Position numbers and translations under genes: made by a program
Assembly (NCBI GenBank): GCA_964035545.1
Contig: CAXIUT010000305.1
Coordinates: 1-20,504, forward strand
Length of the DNA: 20,504 nucleotides
Direction: 5' to 3'
Source of the DNA: Bugula neritina
Taxonomy: Eukaryota; Animalia; Bryozoa
Notes under the pieces: generated by a model
The model's database searches: none
What the model was told of the DNA's origin: nothing
The model's input: only the letters and a program-made list of their open reading frames with translations
In this document: in pieces, positions 11,174-20,408 of the stretch
Layout: every line of letters starts with the position of its first letter
How positions within the stretch are numbered: position 1 is the stretch's first letter

Positions 11174-12663
11174 AACCATAAGAACAACTCCAACTATCCC
11201 TAAAATAGTTAATCCTATTTGAAGTGGCCGACTTAAAAAAGATAAATCTGAACTCTCTTCTTCCTTAATACCTGACTCAGAAGATTTATTTCTCTGACAA
11301 TAATTTACCCCAATACTATCCTCAATATTTTAACTCTATTCTTATTGACATTTCTCTTCTCTTTGAAATTCAAGATAGTTCTTTTGCTTTATTTCAACAG
11401 AATTTATCAAAACTTCACTTAAACATAGTAAAATTAGCTGCTTCAAAAATCTAAAGTCATTATGATCATCATTATCTAGCTAACACTTACCCCATCGATA
11501 ATCTCGAGCCAGCTCATATTTTTTAGTACCTTAGTTATATATTTTTTAAGTGCAACAAGTGATGACAAAGGGAGGAGATTTTCCAAATGAACCTTGAAGA
11601 AGCCTTTCTAACTTTTAGGGATAGTTTTGTCTCAGTATTTCTTCTATATCTAGCCAGTTAACTTGTTGACTTTTATTTGTCTAGTATATTTTCTTTTTAA
11701 AAGACTTTATTTATGAAGTAGTATAGCTATCTCCCTTTGCAATCACAGGGATAATGTTAACTGTTGATTATATTTTTTTCATAATAAACCATTCACACTC
11801 ACTCACCCATGGTCCTGAAATAAAGAAAATACATCCATGAATTCTAGTATCCTTACTTTTATACTATTTTCTGTCTTTCTTCAAGTATTCATCAAAACCT
11901 GAAGCAATCATATCTTCTAGTGCATTGATGTATTTCTAAATCTTACTTTCTTAAAAACCTGGCAAATCAATTAGAGAAACATCTAAATCCATATTTTATT
12001 GTTTTTCATTCCACTAATAAACCTTTTTCTCCTGAGTTCTTGTTTTTAGCTTGGAAGGTTAATGCTTTTGATTACAAAAAGTATCAATAAAAGAAGTCTT
12101 CCCAATCCCACTTCTCCCAACTAACAAAATATTCAACTGACTCTACATAAAAATCCACTTACCCCTTTCTGACTTTGATGGTTTTGTTTATTTCCTTTGC
12201 TTTAAATTCCTTTTTTATCTTAACTTCCATTGCGACTGATCTCTCCCAATCTGCTTATAAAATCTTCATCGATACTGATGGACTATGAGTCTAGAATATC
12301 AGTTCCAAAATCTGGATGTTTTTTCCTAAATAAAAAAAAGTATTACTTTTAGATTAACTTCTTTGTTTAAATAAAGATCTTTTCTGGATGATCCTTTCTT
12401 CGAGATAATATTTTAATTTTTAGTTGGTTTTTACTCTTTTTCATTGTTTTGTATTGACCACTCTCCTTTGAGATGTTCGAGAAGAGCAGTTTCTTCAGTA
12501 TTTTTGAACTCTTTTTGACTATTTGTAGATTTAACTTCTATCTCTGAGTACTAAATAAACTACAGTCACTGGAAGGGGCATTTAGTAAATCACTTTGGAT
12601 CTTTTAATTGCAAGAACGGTTCATTTGTCTAGATATTGACTCTTATTCATCTCCGAATTCCAT
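11174..12663 (-). CDS. Septin GTPase with C-terminal hydrophobic segment; 3' end truncated at the internal telomere
   Basis: G1 LLVGRSGIGKTSFI, G3 DLPG, DTRIHGCIFFI, G4 IPVIAKGD, PPF, septin-unique-element-like RDYRWGKCELDNDDHNDF. ATG 12663; 20-nt intron 12143-12162; 5' exon structure ambiguous (candidate introns 12326-12346, 12544-12563). No TGA before the telomere. Confidence 0.88.
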
Positions 12664-12831
12664 CTTTGAAATCTTATTACAAATCTTATTATTAATCTTA
12701 TTGATAAACTATAGATTGATAATCATAAGACTTTTTCTTGCACAAAAACACATAAAATTATTTTTTTGATCGAATTATTCTATATTTAGAATGATAAGAT
12801 AATTTGGATTAAGATAGTGAGATGTTTCAAA

Positions 12832-14529
12832 TCATTTCTTTAAGAACAAATGTTCAAAAGCTTATTGAGGGTTTAATCGTAGAGATGGTTCATACTACAA
12901 ACAGCTCTTTATAAAATCTTTAGCCCCTTCAGATATCTTTAACTTCTTGCATAACTCTGTTGGAAAATCTACATTCATAGCCTTCAGAATTACTTCTCGA
13001 CGTATTATTTGACCTTGCGTAAGACCTTAGCCAAAAGGTTTCTTTCCAAAAATCATTTCGAAACAAAGAACTCCCACTGACCATATATCTACCTTTGGAG
13101 ATATTTTAGGTTTGTATTCCTGAAAAGTCTATGGAGGTAAATAGTAGTAGGTTCCTACTCCTTGAGATGTGAGTTCCATTTTTGTATCCTAGCTATCTTC
13201 CATCACTTTGCAAAGTCCAAAATCCACTATCTTAATAACTCCATTATGAAAAATGATATTTCCTGGTTTCAAGTCGTAGTGAATAACTTTTTACTTTAAT
13301 CCATAGAGATAGTTTAGAGCACACATGATTTGTTTGATAATAATTTTTACTTCTTTCTCAGGAATTACTTTATGCCTTCTCATATACTTGGATAGCTCAG
13401 GACCAGCACAATATTCTAACTCAAAAATAACACTCTTTTTATTTTTGTTTATTTCGAGTACACGATGAAGCTTGGCAATATTAGGATGGTTCAAAGTTTG
13501 TTGAATCTCGATTTATCTCTAAATGTGTTTGAAAATTTAATCTATATTTTCGAAGTAATTCTGTTTTCAAAAATTATCTTTTTTATTGCTACCATCTAAT
13601 TAGTTTACACATTATAACATTTATAAACTTCTCCAAAACCTCCAGAACCTAACAACTCCAAAGTTTGATACCTAAATCATTGCTCACTTACTTTTGGTAA
13701 ATAATGGGCCACTTCTATAAATTAAACTGAGATTTATCTTCTTTAGCTGCCAATTTAAGTCTCTACCTATATTCAGAAGCCTCCTTCTACTTAAACTCAA
13801 GATTCTTATTTAAATTTGATAGTTCCTAACTCTTATGATTTTTACCTTCAAATAAAACTCAAGAGAACCTTGCAAACAGATAAAATCATGACATAAGTAA
13901 TGTTTAGACTTTTTTTATCCTTCAATTCTAATTATCCTTTTTTCAATTTAGTTGATCTTTTAGCGAATGAATATCAAGGCTGATCCCTCAACATACTTTT
14001 TACCATTCTCAATATAGTAGCCCAGTTATTAGTTCAACTTTCTTCTCTATTTTCTATTTTATTTTGCCTGAGCTAGTATCATTTATGACATCTTTTTTAT
14101 TGATCTATTAATTTGCTTCCTTTTCTTTCCACAACTATCTCTTTTTCCTTTCATACATCCCTTCTAGTTCAAGTAACTGTTCCTACTTGCTTTTAAGTTT
14201 TACTTAAAGTCCATTTACAACATCTTTTTTACTATTTTACTCTTCTTTTTTACTATTTTACTCCTCTTTTTTACTATTTTACTCCTCTTTTTTACTATTT
14301 TACAACTTTTAAGGAAAACTTTGAGACTATTGAGATAGGTTTTTAGTTAAGAAAGATTTTATTTTTAATTGCTGCATTTCTTTTTCTAAGTAATATGGAT
14401 AAAACCTGTTTTGATTTTGGATGTTTTTTTAAGACAGATTTCCTTTCGAGGTTGTAGATTACTTTTTGGTTAAGAAGAAAGAGTCAAAGGGTCTATAGTA
14501 TCAAATTAAGAGTTTAGCTAGTCTGACAT
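12832..14529 (-). CDS. TLK: Tousled-like Ser/Thr kinase
   Basis: [71 protein letters not shown] (TLK signature); N-terminal coiled coil ending EDKSQF. Introns 14386-14405, 14135-14156, 13826-13845, 13672-13691; one frame discontinuity near 13531-13567. Confidence 0.9.
14225..14302 (-). repeat. Coding 21-bp tandem repeat in TLK, (ENSKKEE)x~3.7
   Basis: TAAAATAGTAAAAAAGA(G/A)GAG units on the minus strand; reads ENSKKEE only with TAA=Glu. Confidence 0.8.
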
Positions 14530-14762
14530 TTTTTGAATTAACTCCAAAGATCAATAATTAATATTAACTTATAAATCGATTTATGAATTCAAAAATCAAA
14601 AAATAAATAAAAAGGTAGTCAGTTCTTCGGCAACAGTCAAATAAGAATTACTCTCTCGAATTAAAGTTAAATATATCAATAAGAACTCAAATAAGTATTT
14701 TCTGGACTCCTCTATTTTTGTTATGTTACTTTAATGATGACTATATTGTTTATATGTATGAG

Positions 14763-16758
14763 ATGATTCAAGGCTATAAGATCCAATGCCATATTAACTC
14801 CATAGACTTCAATGCAAATTGCTCTCATTTCGCCACTGGCGGTCGAGACTGTGTTACCTTTCCCAAACCCAGGTATCCGCATCTTCTCCCTTAACCAACA
14901 ATAAAAATGCTGGTTCGATATCAAAAAAACATATGGAAAGTACAAAGGAACCACTATTACTAAAGCTTGTGTCAGTCAACTTGCTTGGAATAAAGAAGGA
15001 AGAGAAGTTTTAGCCATAGGGACTAGTTCAGGTCTCGTTCTGGCCTACCAAGCTGAATAGCCATATAAAAACATAATGCAGGTGAAAGGTCACGAAGGTA
15101 TTTACTTGCTAAATCAGGTAACATCAGGAACGTAGAATGGAATCCAGGGTCAAGAGATAGATTTATCTCTGCTTCTTTTTAGAATGAAATAATCGACTGG
15201 GATATCAGGTATTAAATCATAGATATAAAGAGTACAAAAAGAAGTAGATAGACATACTTTCAGCTAAAACACTAAAATAAGAGATATCAAGTTCAACCCT
15301 TTCAGACCAGAACTTCTAGCAGTTCAATCTTCAAAAAAACTTTAACTTCTAGACCTAAGAAAAGATAAACAAATCATAGCCTCCTATGACATCGATAATA
15401 ACTAGATGCAAGGGATTGGTGTTCAATGGGATCCAGTCAATGCCTCGAGAATAGCTTCCGCTATATCTAAAGAAATAACTTTGTTTGATGTCAGTTCAGG
15501 GAAGTTCTAAGCTATGGATGGTGTGACTCACTACTCTCTTATTAAATCTTTTTACTGGATGAAAAGCAAGCCTACCTTTTTTGGAATAATGGGAGATCAT
15601 CCGTAAAAGAATCTTTTTTTTTACGATCTTGAAGACAAATATAAAATGGCTTATATGTACGGAGGACATGGCAGATCCATCGAATGCTGGAAAATGGATA
15701 ACAAATAATCTATGTTGATATCTGTTTCTAATCATAAAGACAAAGCTCGTACTGGTAACAATGTCAATGCATATGCATTTTTAGTTGCCCAGTATACCCA
15801 AAATTACTTTGACCCAAACGATTCTAAATTCAATCATCCTCTTTCTCATAACAATGATTCTAACCTAGCATTCTCTGTCAACCTAGAAGCTCCTCCTGTC
15901 AAAAGAAGTCACCATATTGAAATAATAAGAAAAAAAAGTACTAAAAGAATTCAAACTCCTCCAGCTCTTTTTGTCTTTAGAGAATAACCTGAATGGAATT
16001 GTTCTGGATTAAACCTATCTCTTAAAGAGTAATTGACTTACTTGGATAAACACTACCTTCTAGAAGGAAATGCTGAAAAGATAGTGCTTTGCAATAGTGA
16101 AGTAGCTATTAAAGTGGGTAAAATTCATTGTGCATAAGTTTGGAAACATCTATTTGCTTTACTTATGGCTCCAGAAGAATAGTAGATAACTTTGTAAACT
16201 ATTTTTGAAAGAAAACTACAACTAGAAGTATCAATCATAGACAATAGAGTTGTTCTTCTCGACCAACAAAAAGTAAAAACAACTCATCGAATTGAGATCA
16301 GTAGTCTACTTCAATGGCTCATTGATTAACACAATTAACTTCAAACTACTGCTCTAGCCACTATCTATCTTCTTAATAATGTTCCAGGACTCCTTCATGA
16401 TGATTTTATTGATGGGGTACTCGCTCCTTACATCTAACTTCTTCGCAACTTATAACTGTTCGAGATAGCAACCAAGACAATCTTAATGACTAAAAGCAAA
16501 AAGTACACTCAAGTAACTGAGAAAGATACAAAATATAGTGTGACTTGTGGTTCATGTAAACTTTCAGTGTCAAAAGGGTAGTGCAATTGTAATTTGCTTT
16601 GTGTTATCTGTGAAGGTCGTTTAAGTCAAAAACTTGTTATTTGGTGTAAATATTGTGGTCATGGAGGACATGCAGAAGACTACTATAAATGGTTCAAAGT
16701 AGATCAAAAAATACTTTGTCCTCACGGTTGTGGACACAGCTGCTTCACTATTAGTTGA
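14763..16758 (+). CDS. WDR24: WDR24/Sea2-like GATOR2 (SEACAT) subunit: WD40 propeller plus C-terminal zinc ribbon/RING
   Basis: WD repeats (ATGGRDCIRIF, GHEGNIRNVEWNP, WDIR, IRDIKFNPF); YLLEG..LCNSEVA..VWK; YIELLRNLELF; C-terminal CVICE..WCKYCGHGGH..WF..CPHGCGHSC. Introns 14851-14872 (22), 15098-15117 (20), 15209-15230 (22). Alternative in-frame ATGs at 14583 and 14754; WDR59/MIOS not fully excluded. Confidence 0.8.
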
Positions 16759-16781
16759 TTCAATCACTTATAATATCATTT

Positions 16782-16961
16782 ATAATATCTTTATATTATC
16801 ATTTACAACTGCTTTACTATCAGTCAATCACTTCATAGTATCTTTATATTATCATTTACAACTGCTTTACTATCAGTCAATCACTTCATAATATCTTTAT
16901 ATTATCATTTACAACTGCTTTACTATCAGTCAATCACTTCATAATATCTTTATATTATCAT
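16782..16961. repeat. 53-bp tandem repeat x3.4 between the convergent WDR24-like and eRF1 genes
   Basis: Unit ATAATATCTTTATATTATCATTTACAACTGCTTTACTATCAGTCAATCACTTC at 16782, 16835, 16888, partial at 16941; one mismatch among copies. Confidence 0.92.
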
Positions 16962-17035
16962 AAAGATAAGTAGTTAAACAATATAATTATTTTTGGTATT
17001 TAGATGTTATATAAGATATGACAATGACATAGCAA

Positions 17036-18349
17036 TCAGATGAAGTCATCGTCTTCTTCCTCGTACTCTCCTTCTTCATAAATGAAGTTGTCGATATCAA
17101 TTTTGTAACGCAAAAAGCCTCCTAATCCAGAAAATCCTTTTAGAAACTGAGTGCCTTCAGGAGATTTATCAGTGACAAACTCTATTTCACATCCGAAATC
17201 TTTGTAGTGCATAGATAACCATTCAGGCAGAGAGGTAGGTTAGTTTTCTTCTTCTATTTTCTATAAACTCACCTCAGTATCTTTGTCTTTATAGAGATCA
17301 GGATTGTTGATGTTATCTGGTTTGATGTAAGCTGATGACAGTTATCCTGTTTAACTGTTTCTGAGTCTTAATCTTATGTAATCCAGGTCTTCAAAACAAA
17401 CGATTCTGCCAACAGTTCCTGATTCGATCAGCTTCATTGTTTCCTGGACACCATACACAACCAGATTATCTCCAAGAGCAATGTGGTCAAAAAATTAGGA
17501 AATAAGTTTTTTTTATTTTATAAACTTGAGGTTTGTTAAAGATTCAGCTGATTTTTAAATAGCTTGATTGAGTCCATTTTAAAATCCATAGGAAACATCT
17601 ACAATGTTAACAACTTTAGTTTGAAGTCTAGGATCAAACATATCTGTTTTATTGAGATCATTTTTAAAGTCAGCACTACCAGCCAGCACCAATCCAGTCA
17701 CATTACAAGCATTGTCAGTTATAAAACATTGAACTGCTACCTAACACACCTTCCTTAAATAGTTATGTCTCTTCTACATCCTTAAACGAGCAAAACGTAC
17801 TGAAGATTGTCCTCCTTTGTGATGCTTTTTTGGCAACTCGACAGTAAACTTATTAATAATATCCCGAGCGTTGCCCTGAAGAGTAGCATAGAGAGCTCCA
17901 TTACCATCCACTATTATAAAACCAAAAGGAGGCTCACTGATTAGGAGTTATTTTTTAAGCTCTTCCAAATAAAAACGAGAATCACAGTTATAAATAGATA
18001 AATTAACAGGTTTGAAAGGCTAGAAATCGCAGACAAGTTTTTTCTATGTGGTTGAGTTAGCATCCATTATTCTTCCACAGAATAGAACAAGCCCGTTTTA
18101 GGGAGCTCGTTGATAAAGTTTAAGTCTTTACCTGGCAGCCATTTGAGCTTCAACAACACTTTGTTTATTAGACTTGTCTTTAATCTGTGATGCTCTTCCC
18201 ATTTATTCGTTGAGCAACTTAGTACACTATGATACGTTCTTTTTGGGAGGCATAATGATAGTCACTACACTGCCATTAATTTTAGCTGTTTCTAATCGAT
18301 AGAAAAGTTTCTTCATCCGGAAGATCTCGATAGAATGGTCCGCCTACAT
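17036..18349 (-). CDS. ERF1: Eukaryotic peptide chain release factor 1 (eRF1), 437 aa, variant-code type
   Basis: Intronless in table 30; [29 protein letters not shown] (YxCxxxF), [76 protein letters not shown], acidic tail; TGA stop. Confidence 0.97.
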
Positions 18350-18564
18350 CTGTTGAAATATTTATATTATCAATCAACCCACAACACTTAATATCAACAT
18401 TTCTTTTATATTCTTTAATTAAAATATAATTCTGACTTTCATCTTTTTCTTGATTTAAATTTATATTTATCAACAATAATATTCTTTCAAAAAAACCTTT
18501 TACAAGATAGATAAGGCTTAACGGTTCTTGTTAATAAAGAAGGCAAAGACAAGATAAGTACCAA

Positions 18565-18636
18565 GGGCGATTGGTCTAGTGGTATGATTCCTGCTTTGGG
18601 TGCAGGAGGTCCCGGGTTCAATTCCCGGATCGCCCC
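18565..18636 (+). tRNA. trnP: tRNA-Pro (anticodon UGG)
   Basis: 72 nt; acceptor GGGCGAT/ATCGCCC, D-arm TGGTCTAGTGGTATGA, anticodon arm CCTGC-TTTGGGT-GCAGG, T-arm CCGGG-TTCAATT-CCCGG; followed by a T5 Pol III terminator. Confidence 0.96.
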
Positions 18637-18776
18637 TTTTTATTCACTATTACAACTTCTCTTAACTTCATTCCTTTCCTCTACCCTCTTGACCTCTATT
18701 AGACATTTTTGATTTACATCATTCTTTTATTTAGCCTGATTCTTTTAGATAAAGTTATCATTTATATGATTATTAA

Positions 18777-20129
18777 ATGAACTTATAAGAGAGGAGAAGC
18801 GAACACTCTCGATCGCGTTCGAGAGAGAAAGATAAAAGAAAAAGATCTTACGAATAAGATTCTGAACAAGAAGAGGACTTCCAAGCAAATCAATAAATCA
18901 TTCGTTCTCTTCTCAGGATTGAACAAAACCGATAACAACCCATTGATAAATTTGTTAAAGTTCTCTGGATTTACAAAGGAAAGCTCGCATATCATTCCAA
19001 CTCTCTTGAACTAATGAGTGAAACTAAAATTTACCTTAGAAAGCTATCTCCTCATCAGCTAGAGTAGATAAAATCAGGGAGCCATACATTCCAAAAAGCA
19101 TAAAAAAAGCTATCGAACTCATTTACTGGTTACTGGAATGCTCTTCATAATTTGAGTAAATCAGTTTTATCTGAGAAGCGAGGATAGAATGTTATAAATC
19201 CAGCTTTCGCCTCAAAAGTAGAATAGATAATTTAAAAGCCAGTATAAGAGTTACTGTAGATGAAGAAAAAGATTTAGTAAACATTGGTGGGAAGAGGAGG
19301 TAGTGGTTAAAACTTCTGGACTTGTGTAGTAAGTAAAATAGAATAAAAATTATCAGAAAATCAACTTAAAACCTTCTATTAAAAATTTAGATAAACCCGT
19401 CCTTAATAAAAAAACAAATAAGAAGATTCAGAAGGATAAATGTTTGAAGAACCTATCTCGCCTACCTTAGGACCAGCTTCTCTTGTTAATCACAAATTCA
19501 TCACCACATAAGAACAAGAATTAGCAGAAAGACAACTTTTAGGACAAAAAATATTCAAATAATAGTTTGAAAAATGTAGATAAAAACTATAAGAGACTCT
19601 ATCTCTCCCCAAAGACCATAACTTATTCAGTACAGCTATCATCAACGACTCCACTGTTGCTATCGATTATATCACTCAATAAATTATAGAGTTTTAGAAG
19701 TACAAAAGACTTGAGGAGGATGAAGAAGAGTTTGATGATTGGGTACCTTGTGATACTGAAGGCAGGTTCAGAGACAAAAAGCCACAATATATAAACAGAA
19801 GAAGGGTAACAATTGAGTGGAACAAATATAACACAATGCATTATGATGAAGAGAATCCTCCTCCGAAAGCAGTACAAGGCTACAAGTTCAATATTTTTTA
19901 TCCCTAACTGCTAGACAATCAAAAAACACCTCAATATCATTTATAGACAACAGAGAGTCCTGACTACTGCATTATAAAGTTTAAGGCAGGTCCTCCTTAC
20001 AAAGATATTGCTTTCAAAATTCAAAGAAGAGAATGGGATTTTACTTAAAAATCAGGATTTTAAAGTATATTTCATAAAGGAATTTTACAACTCTACTTCA
20101 ACTACAAAAAACCGAAGTTTAGAATATGA
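18777..20129 (+). CDS. CACTIN: Cactin (spliceosome-associated), 450 aa
   Basis: Intronless in table 30; cactin C-terminal motifs KPQYINR..EWNKYNTMHYDEENPPPKAVQGYKFNIFYPEL, FKAGPPYKDIAFKI..REW, LQLYFNYK; mid-domain RSLLRIEQNREQPID; TGA 20127-20129. Confidence 0.93.
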
Positions 20130-20230
20130 TTTTAAATTTATCTTCAATAAATCACCATCACAAAACATCGTATCAATTGCACATAAACATAGTATCAAGT
20201 GCACATAAACACTCATATGTGTACCTTAAC

Positions 20231-20293
20231 TCATCTTTTTGAACATAAACTATATCATCTTTTGAACATAAACTATATCATCTTTTGAACATA
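20231..20293. repeat. Subtelomeric 23-bp tandem repeat x2.7 (TCATCTTTTGAACATAAACTATA)
   Basis: Directly visible; two related degenerate ~22-bp units (..GCACATAAACA..) precede it from ~20171. Confidence 0.8.
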
Positions 20294-20408
20294 GACTTTT
20301 TGGATTAAAATTAGTCCAAATATTGTCTTAAGAATATCTAGATAGTTATTGAATATCCTTTTTTATTGAATATAGATTGATTAGCTATTATTTAAATGAT
20401 ATAAAAAA

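Noticed and set aside
10986-11222. (GL)n / (PN)n repeat proteins, and HAT gene reading into the telomere
   Set aside because: These are translations of telomere repeats. The 20-nt intron 10793-10812 gives the HAT gene a normal TGA at 11018-11020.
17257-17273. Intron-like GTGAGT...TAG segment in eRF1 (approximate coordinates)
   Set aside because: The frame is already open and gives a canonical-length 437-aa protein; removing a 19-nt intron here would break the conserved C-terminus.
18565-18636. Suppressor tRNA-Glu(UUA/CUA) linked to eRF1
   Set aside because: The anticodon loop TTTGGGT gives UGG, an ordinary tRNA-Pro.
458-20129. Genes as pseudogenes riddled with stops, or ciliate table 6 (UAR=Gln), or Blastocrithidia-type code
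   Set aside because: TAR sits at conserved Glu, not Gln, positions. TGA is never internal, conserved Trp residues use TGG, and catalytic motifs are intact.
1256-20208. Supplied six-frame ORFs as genes
   Set aside because: They were computed with TAA/TAG as stops. Nearly all are antisense or off-frame shadows; only 13291-13494 (TLK) and 15712-15987 (WDR24-like) are fragments of real frames.
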